NCBI GenBank assembly: GCA_964655705.1
Contig: CAZZPP010000004.1
Span: 15,338-79,337 of the forward strand
From: an uncultured Candidatus Saccharibacteria bacterium
GTDB taxonomy: Bacteria > Patescibacteriota > Dojkabacteria > SC72
Direction of reading: 5' to 3'
DNA length: 64,000 nt
This document shows positions 8,971 through 18,282 of this stretch, one piece after another (position 1 is the stretch's first letter; the number at the start of each line of letters is the position of its first letter). The notes under the pieces are model-generated. The model did not search any database and had not been told where the DNA came from. It saw only the letters and a list, made by a program, of their open reading frames with translations. The translations under genes were made by a program, and so were the position numbers.

Positions 8971-10921
8971 ACGAAAGAAAGGATTAAAAGGTTTTAGTCT
9001 TGCTGAATTAATTCTAGCTATAGGGATATTTTCGGCTATGTCTTCCTTTTTAGTACTTTTAATCATTGATTCGGCAAGAACCATAGAAAATGTTAGAGTA
9101 AGAGAAAGGGCCACCAGATTAACAGAAGAGGTTTTTAATACTTTATTAACACTCAAAGGACAGACATGGTACAGCATTGCAAGCCATACTAGCGAAGGAA
9201 GCAAGCACTTACAAAAAACTTTGGAGGGATACGAAATTGTTGACGGGGAAGGTTCTAGAGATGAAATGACCTACTCTTTCACAATCAATCCTGTAATGAG
9301 AGATTCCTTTTCTAACCTTGTCCAAGAAGGGGGAGTAAATGATCCTCATACAAGGAATATTAATATTAATATAACTTGGACAGACAGACTTGGCCAAGAA
9401 AAAACAATATCTCAAAATGTATATATGAATGATTGGAATACGAAATCTATTGTTTATACCTCTAAAGAGGACTTCTCTCCTGGAAGCCATGACCAAACTG
9501 TTGCAATAGATCTTACTGGAGGAGAAATGAGATTACAGAAGAGGTTTTATAGCGATTGGTGCAAACCAGAACTATCTTTAAATACTGATTTAAGCGAATA
9601 TGATATTCCTGGAAGTGCAACTCCTAGGTCTATCTTTGCACAATTGGGTCATGCATATTTGGGAACGAGAGGAGAAGCAACAGGAGAACCTTTTACAAAA
9701 TTAAATATAGAGGGTGTAGACCCTCCTCTTGTATCTGTTGATGGAACATTTGCCGGATACAATGTTAATGATATCTATGTTCTCGGGGACTATGCTTTCC
9801 TTGCAACAAATGATGATAACAAAGAGGTAGTAATAATTGACATCTCATCGACACCCTACGGAGAAGTTGGCTATTTTAATGCTCCAGGGTCGGATGATGC
9901 GTATACCGTCATGGTATACAATGGTATTGGGTATGTTGGACAAATGGAAAATATTCATACGTTTAACCTCTCAAGTTATATTGGAGGAAGGACAAGAATT
10001 GGGACTATAAGAGCGTCTTCTTGGCTATTTGCTTCGGTTGCAAAAGTAAGCCAAATAAAAGTACTTGGAGATTACCTATATGCGGTACTTGATTGGGACT
10101 GGTATGAGTTGGCAATAATTAGAATCACCAACCCAGCAAGTATGTCAATAACCTCACAGACATCGGTAAACAATCAACAGGTATATGATATGTACCTATC
10201 GGAAGATGGGAACAGAGCATACTTCGGAACAACCCATTCTAGTAACGAAAAAGAGTTCTTCATACTTGATACCTCTAGTAAGTCAGGAGCTAGACCAAAA
10301 ATTGCCTCCCTAGACATAGCTGATACAACAATTAGAGGAATAGCAATTGTACAAGAGGGCTCAAACAAATATGCAATTATAGTTGGGACAGGCGGAGAAG
10401 AATATGGGGTATACAATCTTAACAACGAATCCTCCCCCACTCGATGTGGAGGGATGGACATTAATACTGGCATATATGATATCGATTCGATTCGCGATTC
10501 CTATACAAACGCCTTTTCTTATATAATTACTGGAGATGTTTCAAGAGAATTTAAAATCATAAGAGGTGGTCCAGGGGGAGGAGGAGAAGATGGATACGCA
10601 TATTACAACGAAGGAACATATATTTCTGTTCCATTTAATTCCCAATCCGAATCATCCGAATACTATATGCTCGGGATTACTACTCAAATACCCGAAGATA
10701 CCGATATTCAGATACAAATCCGAGCTAGTAACGATGCTGGGATGTCCTCTGCTACATGGACAGGACCAGATGGGACAAGCGATACGAGCTACAAACTTAC
10801 TGGAATATATAATATCCCCCCTGAAATTAAAGGTAAATTTTTCCAGTATAAAGTAGTTTTCTCATCGGATTCTATTAATGAGTCTCCTTTACTTGAAGAG
10901 TTAGTTATAAACTATGAATAA
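8963..10921 (+). CDS. Large minor pilin with LVIVD-type beta-propeller (putative adhesin)
   Basis: KG|FSLAELIL; repeats such as DIYVLGDYAFLA...EVVIIDISS, IKVLGDYLYAV...ELAIIRITNP, EFFILDTSS. Confidence 0.8.
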   Translation: MSKRKKGLKGFSLAELILAIGIFSAMSSFLVLLIIDSARTIENVRVRERATRLTEEVFNTLLTLKGQTWYSIASHTSEGSKHLQKTLEGYEIVDGEGSRDEMTYSFTINPVMRDSFSNLVQEGGVNDPHTRNININITWTDRLGQEKTISQNVYMNDWNTKSIVYTSKEDFSPGSHDQTVAIDLTGGEMRLQKRFYSDWCKPELSLNTDLSEYDIPGSATPRSIFAQLGHAYLGTRGEATGEPFTKLNIEGVDPPLVSVDGTFAGYNVNDIYVLGDYAFLATNDDNKEVVIIDISSTPYGEVGYFNAPGSDDAYTVMVYNGIGYVGQMENIHTFNLSSYIGGRTRIGTIRASSWLFASVAKVSQIKVLGDYLYAVLDWDWYELAIIRITNPASMSITSQTSVNNQQVYDMYLSEDGNRAYFGTTHSSNEKEFFILDTSSKSGARPKIASLDIADTTIRGIAIVQEGSNKYAIIVGTGGEEYGVYNLNNESSPTRCGGMDINTGIYDIDSIRDSYTNAFSYIITGDVSREFKIIRGGPGGGGEDGYAYYNEGTYISVPFNSQSESSEYYMLGITTQIPEDTDIQIQIRASNDAGMSSATWTGPDGTSDTSYKLTGIYNIPPEIKGKFFQYKVVFSSDSINESPLLEELVINYE

Positions 10922-11387
10922 AAATTTAAAAGGTATAACACTGGTAGAAACGACGCTTTACATAAGCCTCTTCTCTATCATTATTGTAATAATAATGAAC
11001 TTTATGCTCTCTGCTCAAGAAGCTACTAGAAGAAATGATATTAACTCAAATATAAGTAGAACAGCAGAATTAATTACTCAACACCTCTCCTACTCTTTTG
11101 ATAGAACAGTATCTGTTAACGAAATAAATAGTGTATTTAATAATAATATAGGAGTATTAGAGTTAAATTTTGCAAATGAAAGTAAACAGTACACTCTAAT
11201 AGATTCAACCCTGTATTTTGACAGTATCCCAATTACACCCTCTACAATTTCGGTAAATCAGTTCCTCCTAGAACCGACATATAAAAATGGAACTACAATA
11301 ATTGGTGTCCGAATAACAATTGAATTACAATCTAAAATAGATTCTACCTTTAGACAAACAGTTAATCTATTAGAGATAGTAAGATGA
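10914..11387 (+). CDS. Minor pilin (PilW-like)
   Basis: KG|ITLVETTLYI N-terminus. Confidence 0.78.
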   Translation: MNKNLKGITLVETTLYISLFSIIIVIIMNFMLSAQEATRRNDINSNISRTAELITQHLSYSFDRTVSVNEINSVFNNNIGVLELNFANESKQYTLIDSTLYFDSIPITPSTISVNQFLLEPTYKNGTTIIGVRITIELQSKIDSTFRQTVNLLEIVR

Positions 11388-11767
11388 AAAAGAACAAAGG
11401 ATATATTGCATTAACAACCGTATTAGTTATTCTTCCCCTACTTTTAATTACAGGGATAGACTCTTTGTACAAAAATACTACCTCTCTAATAGTTGGGAAA
11501 ATGAACTATGACTATCAAATACTTAGAAGTAACTCTGAAACATGTTTAGAAGAAGCAGTATACAAAATTAAAAGAGGTGGAACATATACTGGTACTTTTA
11601 CCCTCTCAATGGATAATTGGTCTTGTGATGTAGTCGTTTCTGACAAAGTAGGTTTTCCAGGAATAAAGATAATTGAAATTAATTCATCTGATTCAAACAG
11701 TGTTAAGTTTAGTACCACTAAAGAATTAAATATAAATACAGATCCCTTTGAAATCTCAAATACTTAA
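11384..11767 (+). CDS. Minor pilin (PilX-like, lacks Glu5)
   Basis: KG|YIALTTVLVI; last of the minor pilins. Confidence 0.7.
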   Translation: MKKNKGYIALTTVLVILPLLLITGIDSLYKNTTSLIVGKMNYDYQILRSNSETCLEEAVYKIKRGGTYTGTFTLSMDNWSCDVVVSDKVGFPGIKIIEINSSDSNSVKFSTTKELNINTDPFEISNT

Positions 11768-12344
11768 AACAAAGTGTAATACCACAGAAAAGATTTTTAT
11801 CTCCTTCCTTGGAATTTCAATACTTTCCCTCTATGTAAAAGTCCTGCTCTACTCTAATTTTTCCATATTAAATATTGGGGTGTTTTTAATAGGCACAATA
11901 ATATTTTCTTCTTTAGTATTTCTCGCATACATTGATTTAAAAATAATGGAAGTTCACAATTTAACATCATTAATTTTGCTTTTTTTTCTCTCGGTGTTAA
12001 ATATTGTTCTTTTTTTAATAAAAAGAGATATAACATTAGCAAATGGATGGCAATATATTGCATATGACAATATCTTTGCTGCATTAATCTTAGGAAGTAT
12101 TTCTCAATTAATTGTATTAATCTCTAAAGAGAAAGCCCTAGGTCAGGGAGATGTTAGAATGCTTTTGATAGCTGGCCTGCTAGTGGGTAAAACAAATTTA
12201 ATGATATGGGGATATTTAACTGTATTTAGTGCACTTGCATATGGAGTTGTAATTGGAATAAGGAAGAAAAAATTTAAAAATGTAAAAATTCCTCTACTCC
12301 CCTTTATTGTTTTATCAATAATTATTACCCTTCTCTTCCTTTAA
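11748..12344 (+). CDS. Prepilin peptidase (A24 domain)
   Basis: Polytopic; AYIDLK, LGQGDV, KIPLLPFI; at end of pilin cluster. Confidence 0.85.
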   Translation: MKSQILKTKCNTTEKIFISFLGISILSLYVKVLLYSNFSILNIGVFLIGTIIFSSLVFLAYIDLKIMEVHNLTSLILLFFLSVLNIVLFLIKRDITLANGWQYIAYDNIFAALILGSISQLIVLISKEKALGQGDVRMLLIAGLLVGKTNLMIWGYLTVFSALAYGVVIGIRKKKFKNVKIPLLPFIVLSIIITLLFL

Positions 12345-12367
12345 AATCTAAACTTTAGACACACCTA

Positions 12368-12396
12368 TTGCATACTTAAATATTAAGTGTTACATT
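12368..12396 (+). promoter_or_regulatory. Putative sigma70 promoter of glnA
   Basis: TTGCAT-N17-TACATT with TG extension. Confidence 0.5.
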
Positions 12397-12426
12397 TTAA
12401 GGTTTATTTTTTACCAATTAACCCTT

Positions 12427-13866
12427 ATGGATGAACCATTAAAAGATTTTTTAACAATTTCCTACAATGAACTTGAGGTTTTAAACAAAGAAGCCAAAAA
12501 AAGAAGAATTGATAATTTTGGGAAACCTAATAACAAATTAGAATCTTACTATACAGAGTATTTAAAAAAGGAAACAAGAATAAAAGCTGTTACTGTTGGC
12601 TTTACTGATTTAGAGGGTAAATTCCAAATGCTTGATTACAACAAAGATTACCTTTTAGAGTCTAGTGATAACCTTACCTTTGATGGCTCCTCGGTAAAAG
12701 GGTTTACACAAGTTAGCGAGTCCGATCTAAAATTAAAATTAGATTGGAGCTCTTTTTACTGGCTTCCAAGTGATATCTTTGGCCCTGGGAAGGTCCTACT
12801 CTTTGCTGAAATATATACTTCAGATGATATGCCCCACCCTTCTGATTTTAGGTCAAGACTTCGAACCTATCTACATGAGTTGTATAAAAAAGAGAAATAT
12901 TTAGTTATGGGTGCTAACGAAATAGAGGGGATTCTTGTTGAGGGATTAGATGCAGAAATGAATTTTAAGGAAGAAACTGGTTTTAAATTAGTCTCTTCTG
13001 GTGGATACTATCACTCTCTTCCTTTGGATAGGCTAAGAAAATTTATAGATGCCACTGCCGAAGCACACAGAGCGTTAGGTTTTGAAAATGAAAAAGACCA
13101 TCCAGAAGTAGCACCCTCTCAGTTTGAATTAAATTACAAACACTCTATTGCCGACATAGCGTCAGACCAAGTACAACTGTACAAGTTAGTTGCAAGGCAG
13201 GTTGCAGAAATACAAGGGCTAACAGCCACATTTCTGCCTAAACCAATTGTAGGAATAAATGGAAGTGGTATGCATACTAATATGTCCATTGAAAAAGATG
13301 GTAAAAATATTTTCTATCAAAATAATGGTAATGTTCATCTTTCAGACTTAGGTAACGACTTTATCGACCGAATACTTTTTAAAGCTTCTGCCATGTGTCT
13401 AATACTTAATCCTAGTGTAAATGCATACAGAAGATTAGACCCTAATTTTGAAGCTCCAAATCAGATAAAGGCGTCAGCAGTAAATAGAACAGCAATGGTT
13501 AGAATACCTCTAGCATCTGAGAAATCAGCAAGAATTGAGGTTAGATCTGTTGCTCCGGATGCTAACCCATATATGGTTTACTACACTCTTCTAAGAGTTG
13601 GGTTAGAGGGTAAAAAACAGAAACTACACAAAGGTATTACTCCAAGAACAAAGGTGTTACCAGACAATATATATGATGCAATCAAATTCTTAAAAAGAAG
13701 CTCTTTTATGTCCGAAATCTTAGGAGAGGAAACTAAAAATAAATATATTGCTCTAAAACAGGCATCTGCAGATAGATGCCCTAAGAATTTAGGAAACAAA
13801 GTAAAAAGGTCAGAGGTAATATTCCATCATGAAATAACAAATCAGTTACTTTGGAATGAGTTTTAA
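12427..13866 (+). CDS. glnA: Glutamine synthetase type I
   Basis: FDGSS, HPEVAPSQFE, ATFLPKP, NGSGMHTN, NAYRRLDPNFEAP, RIEVRS, DANPY. Confidence 0.93.
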   Translation: MDEPLKDFLTISYNELEVLNKEAKKRRIDNFGKPNNKLESYYTEYLKKETRIKAVTVGFTDLEGKFQMLDYNKDYLLESSDNLTFDGSSVKGFTQVSESDLKLKLDWSSFYWLPSDIFGPGKVLLFAEIYTSDDMPHPSDFRSRLRTYLHELYKKEKYLVMGANEIEGILVEGLDAEMNFKEETGFKLVSSGGYYHSLPLDRLRKFIDATAEAHRALGFENEKDHPEVAPSQFELNYKHSIADIASDQVQLYKLVARQVAEIQGLTATFLPKPIVGINGSGMHTNMSIEKDGKNIFYQNNGNVHLSDLGNDFIDRILFKASAMCLILNPSVNAYRRLDPNFEAPNQIKASAVNRTAMVRIPLASEKSARIEVRSVAPDANPYMVYYTLLRVGLEGKKQKLHKGITPRTKVLPDNIYDAIKFLKRSSFMSEILGEETKNKYIALKQASADRCPKNLGNKVKRSEVIFHHEITNQLLWNEF

Positions 13867-13923
13867 TCACATTTCAAATAGTATACAATCAAGATACACA
13901 TTTTAACTAGAACTATCTCAAAA

Positions 13924-14325
13924 GTGATTAAAAAAGATAAAAATGAAAAATACCTAAAGATCTCTAAAATAGTAACATACCTATTATCCTCTCTTTTAGG
14001 CTTTACCCTCTATTACTACTTCGGTTCAAGCTTTTATATCTTTGCATTTGCATTACTCTTAGGATTAACACTCCCTAAATTAATTCTAAACAAATGGAAA
14101 TACGAAGAAGACAAGTTTAATAAAATAGTATGGTTAAACCTAATTTTTGGTCTCTTCTATACTCCCCTTGGAGTCTTCTTTGGGGTATTTACTATTAAAT
14201 ACAACTCTACTCTATCAAAAAATGAAAAACAAAATAAATATGTAGTACTAGGAAAAATTGGAATATGGTTATCAATATTAAACTTTTTACTAGCCCTTAT
14301 CCTTCCATTTGCTCTCTCTAAATAA
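13924..14325 (+). CDS. Hypothetical membrane protein
   Basis: About 4 hydrophobic segments. Confidence 0.6.
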   Translation: MIKKDKNEKYLKISKIVTYLLSSLLGFTLYYYFGSSFYIFAFALLLGLTLPKLILNKWKYEEDKFNKIVWLNLIFGLFYTPLGVFFGVFTIKYNSTLSKNEKQNKYVVLGKIGIWLSILNFLLALILPFALSK

Positions 14326-14337
14326 GGATTACTCGCT

Positions 14338-15846
14338 CTATTGGGTTGGGATTATCTCGTAAAATGATCCCGATTCAGTTCGAAAACGCCACGATCTCCA
14401 AAGTCTTCTAACCTCAAGAACAGGCGATGTGTTTCCTGCGAAACCCCCTTTATCATTAACAAGTTCAATAACTTCATTCAACCTAGGAGATTTTTTCAAT
14501 CTCCCAACAATTATTTGACCTATCACTACCTCCGACTCCCTTCCTTTTATTAGATTTCTCTTCATAAGAATAACTTCGCTGCCCCCCTTAATCCTGAGCT
14601 TTTCATTCATTTCTTCAATACTTTTTGGTATGGACTTCGGTTTTACTTCTAGATTCCTGATTACTTCATATGTCGCTCCACTATCAGTCTTAGCAACAAA
14701 CAAAGTTCTTCCATCTGGTAACAATCTACGACTCATCTCCTTTATGGGAGATGTTTGCACATACCTTGGATCATCAATATCCTGAATCAACCTCATACCT
14801 TCCCCAAGTGCTAATTGACCATCTAAAAAACCTGTCGCCAAAGATCCAACTGGTTGTCGAGAAGTTCCCTCTTGAGCAATCTTTCTGATAGTAATATTTT
14901 TACCATCTCTAATACCAGAAAGTGCCATATCTTTCTCATCCATTTGGATTTCCCCACCGGTCATTATCCGCCCAGAGTGATTATCTTTTTCCCCTAAAGA
15001 CAAGAAATATTCATTACGATGCTTAATTATGTAATCTACAGCAAAAGAATCCGCAATGGATTCTGAAGACATCTCTCGATAAGATATGCTTTGGGCAATC
15101 TTAAGTTGTTTATCAGAGATTTGCCCAAACTTATTAGGTTTAATCCCAAAAGTCTCTAAACGCTTTATATATTTCCCCAAATCTCCCCTTTTACTTAAAT
15201 CGATATGAGAAGGAACGGGCAAAGTCATAAGATCCTTGAGACGATGTTCATTATCTTCTTTTATTGCATTATTTAATACTTCTGCAATAGGTTTCTTCCC
15301 TCTATTCTCGTTTGGTTTCAAATAATTATCAATAAAATCTTTAGCATGGCCAAATTCATGCAAAAAGATAAAAGTTGTAACAAGTTTCTTATTATCTTTT
15401 ATATCTTCATATCTCGCTCCAAGTTGAATAGCCATTTGCCTCATAAGAAATTCAAGGCTAGAATCAATGTAGGTTTCTTGATTACTAAAGTTAAAAGCAA
15501 TCTCTGGAATATACTGCCCTTCCTTAAGAGCAGCATTACAAAAATAAGCATTCCTTTGAATATTCTCGTTATTAATTTTTACGACATGTAACTCAGGCTG
15601 TTCAGTTACTATATTTGCATATACCTTTGCAAGGTGAGGAGCTTCACTATTTAACAGGATTGCATTTTCTTGCCAACGATTTCTCCAATACTCTTTTGTA
15701 TTCTCCTCCGTTATGTCTATTTTCTTACCTAAATATCTCTCTGCTTGATCAGAAAGGTTTGAAACACCACTACTCTGCTCAGGCAAAAGAAAGGAAGACT
15801 CCTTTGTATTAAACTCTGTATTCTCTAAACCTAGGACATTATTCAT
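14338..15846 (-). CDS. Hypothetical protein with HExxH zincin motif and duplicated C-terminal beta-rich domain
   Basis: FIFLHEFGHAKD, SESIADSFA; two related ~95-aa repeats. Confidence 0.7.
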   Translation of the reverse strand: MNNVLGLENTEFNTKESSFLLPEQSSGVSNLSDQAERYLGKKIDITEENTKEYWRNRWQENAILLNSEAPHLAKVYANIVTEQPELHVVKINNENIQRNAYFCNAALKEGQYIPEIAFNFSNQETYIDSSLEFLMRQMAIQLGARYEDIKDNKKLVTTFIFLHEFGHAKDFIDNYLKPNENRGKKPIAEVLNNAIKEDNEHRLKDLMTLPVPSHIDLSKRGDLGKYIKRLETFGIKPNKFGQISDKQLKIAQSISYREMSSESIADSFAVDYIIKHRNEYFLSLGEKDNHSGRIMTGGEIQMDEKDMALSGIRDGKNITIRKIAQEGTSRQPVGSLATGFLDGQLALGEGMRLIQDIDDPRYVQTSPIKEMSRRLLPDGRTLFVAKTDSGATYEVIRNLEVKPKSIPKSIEEMNEKLRIKGGSEVILMKRNLIKGRESEVVIGQIIVGRLKKSPRLNEVIELVNDKGGFAGNTSPVLEVRRLWRSWRFRTESGSFYEIIPTQ

Positions 15847-16009
15847 CTTGTATACTTTTTGGAGAAATCTTATTTAATCTGTCTAGAACAAGTATCTTTT
15901 TTTCAGCCTCAGTAAAAGTATTCTCTTCTAGAATAAAATAGAATTCTTGTCTTAAAGATTCTGGCAATTCTTCAACTAATTTTAAAAACTCCTCTAATGT
16001 ATATTCCAT
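15839..16009 (-). CDS. Small acidic helical hypothetical protein (56 aa, not in ORF track)
   Basis: Manual translation MEYTLEEFLKLVEELPESLRQEFYFILEENTFTEAEKKILVLDRLNKISPKSIQDE*; stop overlaps the start of the 502-aa ORF. Confidence 0.6.
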   Translation of the reverse strand: MEYTLEEFLKLVEELPESLRQEFYFILEENTFTEAEKKILVLDRLNKISPKSIQDE

Positions 16010-16208
16010 CTAGGGCTTTGGTTTAATCTTAAATTAAACATCAATAATTCTCCTGAAGACTACGTCTACCATAGAAAATTAATTTTGTATTTTTATAATA
16101 CGAAATATAATTTAAGTTAACAAGGAGAGAAATGAGATACAAGTTGAATATTAAATTTAGAAAATTTTTTCATAGGATTCCTTCTTTTATAAGAATTTGA
16201 GGTATGAC

Positions 16209-16231
16209 AAAGAAAAGGGTTATCGAACCCC
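16209..16231 (-). terminator. Intrinsic terminator downstream of tmRNA
   Basis: Minus strand GGGTT-CGAT-AACCC followed by TTTTCTTT. Confidence 0.55.
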
Positions 16232-16287
16232 TAATTATTCTCTTCCTATAACACTTTTTGAAACAATCAACAACAACGAACCTGATA

Positions 16288-16699
16288 TGGTGGAGACGGT
16301 GGGATTTGAACCCACGTCCAAAAGCTAAGCACAATGTCATGTACAAATATATTTAGATTTGTTTAGCTAGATTAAACTAAAAAATCTAACAAAAAGTTCA
16401 ATCTACTCAGTAATTGTATTCACTATGGATCCTCTACTGACAAAGAATACATACTATACCCTAGTAACGACTGTCTATATCCCCTAACTAGGGATAAGGA
16501 AAATAGACATTGACCAAAATTAATCGGTCAAACTTATGCAAAATTGTAAGCATAAGAAGGTGCAGTAAATGCAGCCCTTAGCTTACTTGCAAAAGCGTTA
16601 AGTTTGTTTTCTACACTTCTCTGTGTTTAAGTTTTACGAACTTAAAAACGATTTGTGACAACAGCACTTATATACTTCTGTCGAAAGCCTTACGTCCCC
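16288..16699 (-). ncRNA. ssrA: tmRNA
   Basis: 5' GGGGACGTAAGGCTTTCGAC, 3' GGACGTGGGTTCAAATCCCACCGTCTCCACCA with G3-U Ala determinant; internal ORF ending ...YAYNFA*. Confidence 0.93.
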
Positions 16700-16730
16700 A
16701 TATTCTTAAAGAACACCTATATTATACCAT

Positions 16731-17027
16731 TTATCTATATACCTTTGAACTATTTGAATGACTCCCTATCCTTTGTAAAAGAATTACACCCTCCTCTTCA
16801 ATTGTCCATATAATACGATAATCCCCATTTACCCTAGAGCTATATACCCTTCCGAAAGAAGATACTTTAACAGTATGAGTTTTAAGACTGGCTATAAAAG
16901 GATCCTTCTTGATTCTTTCTATAGTAATATCAACCCTTTTCGCCAAATCCCTCTTGTTTTTTAATATCTTTCCCAACTCTCTGTCAAATTCATTTGTATA
17001 ATGTATAGAATACTTACTTTTCTTCAT
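16731..17027 (-). CDS. Type II toxin, RelE/YafQ-like mRNA interferase
   Basis: YTNEFDRELGK...DPFIASLKTH...YSSRVNGDYRIIW...RIGSH; basic, 98 aa. Confidence 0.85.
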   Translation of the reverse strand: MKKSKYSIHYTNEFDRELGKILKNKRDLAKRVDITIERIKKDPFIASLKTHTVKVSSFGRVYSSRVNGDYRIIWTIEEEGVILLQRIGSHSNSSKVYR

Positions 17028-17319
17028 TTAAAAGTCTCTCAACAAAACTCTTAATCTCTTTGCTGTTCTTTAGTTCTAACGTTTGGCCACTCTTAAATTC
17101 CTTTACCCCCCTTTGAAGACTCTTTACCATTTCTTCATCCATTACAACACCATCAAGAACAGGATATTCTTGCTTCTCCATCTCCTTGGTAAGTACATAT
17201 CTAACATATGCAGGGAGAGAATAACCCAAATTCTGTGCCCTACTCTCCACCCTATCCATTAACTTCTGAGGAAAAGATATCTGTCTCGTAATACTTTTGT
17301 ATTTTCTTACTTTGTTCAT
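17014..17319 (-). CDS. Antitoxin with ribbon-helix-helix N-terminus
   Basis: RQISFPQKLMDRVESRAQNLGYSLPAYVRYVL; overlaps toxin; ATG at 17319 preferred over track start 17352. Confidence 0.8.
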   Translation of the reverse strand: MNKVRKYKSITRQISFPQKLMDRVESRAQNLGYSLPAYVRYVLTKEMEKQEYPVLDGVVMDEEMVKSLQRGVKEFKSGQTLELKNSKEIKSFVERLLNEEK

Positions 17320-17322
17320 TTC

Positions 17323-17371
17323 TGTATTAAATTTGTATATTTTAATACACAATTTTAATACAAAGTATTAA
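17323..17371. promoter_or_regulatory. Putative toxin-antitoxin operator
   Basis: TGTATTAAA-N9-TTTAATACA (17323-17349) and TTAATAC-AAA-GTATTAA (17355-17371) directly upstream of the antitoxin ATG. Confidence 0.6.
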
Positions 17372-17552
17372 TAATTACAATACTCACCCTCTCTTAAAGA
17401 TATAATCGTTAATATCACTACCTAAGAACCTTAAGGTACCACTAGGAAGCCTCTGAGCGTTAACAAGCCCCCAATTACCTCAAATGTTAGTAAGAAGACC
17501 TCTAATGGAATTAGATGCCTTAACTACTTACTACAGAATTCCCTTTTGAAAC

Positions 17553-18281
17553 CTATATCTCATTCTTACTTGCCTCCCAGAGACTTACAGCAGTAGCTAT
17601 TGAAAGATTTAAAGAATCAATCTCTTTACTATGCGGTATATATACACTCTCTCCAATTGTTAAATACCTCTCCTCTAATCCTTTAGATTCATTCCCATGA
17701 ATAATGGAATATGGTTTAACAAACTTAACCTCTTTAATACTCTTATTCCCATTTAACATAAAGGGGTAGAAGTTGTATCCCCCAAACTTAGCAAAATATT
17801 CCTCTAATAAATTAAAATGTTCAAACCTCATATTAAAAAAAGCTCCCATAGAAGCCCTAATAACTAAAGGATCATATATATCAACTGCAGGCTTAATAAT
17901 TGCTAAATCTTTGAAATTAAAACCTAACATTGTTCTCATTGTAGTACCTAAATTCCCAGTATTAGAGGGATTAACTAATACAACATGATCTCTCCCTACC
18001 TCAATCTTTGAAACGTATTTCATAAAGATACCCACTACATAGGTGTTCTCTTTAACTGATATCTTGTCTATTAACCTATCATTAACCTCTGTTAAAATTC
18101 TCCTTTTTTTACATTCATAATCAACTGTCGCTATACCCTCCATCTTAATTCCATCCTGTTTAAACAAAACCTTTACTACTTTCTCGGGATGTAAATTTAT
18201 CAAATCAATAACGGGATATGCACCAAAAGCATATGAATACTCAAACTCCTTTTGATATCTTTTTATCTTGGGCTGAAACAT
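17553..18281 (-). CDS. TrmH/SpoU-family RNA methyltransferase
   Basis: NPSNTGNLGTTMRT, RASMGA, HGNESKGL, IDSLNLSIA. Confidence 0.9.
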   Translation of the reverse strand: MFQPKIKRYQKEFEYSYAFGAYPVIDLINLHPEKVVKVLFKQDGIKMEGIATVDYECKKRRILTEVNDRLIDKISVKENTYVVGIFMKYVSKIEVGRDHVVLVNPSNTGNLGTTMRTMLGFNFKDLAIIKPAVDIYDPLVIRASMGAFFNMRFEHFNLLEEYFAKFGGYNFYPFMLNGNKSIKEVKFVKPYSIIHGNESKGLEERYLTIGESVYIPHSKEIDSLNLSIATAVSLWEASKNEI

Positions 18282-18282
18282 A

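Noticed and set aside
14326-16290. Complete ssrA-integrated genomic island
   Set aside because: No duplicated ssrA 3' end and no integrase found; kept only as an accessory gene pair.
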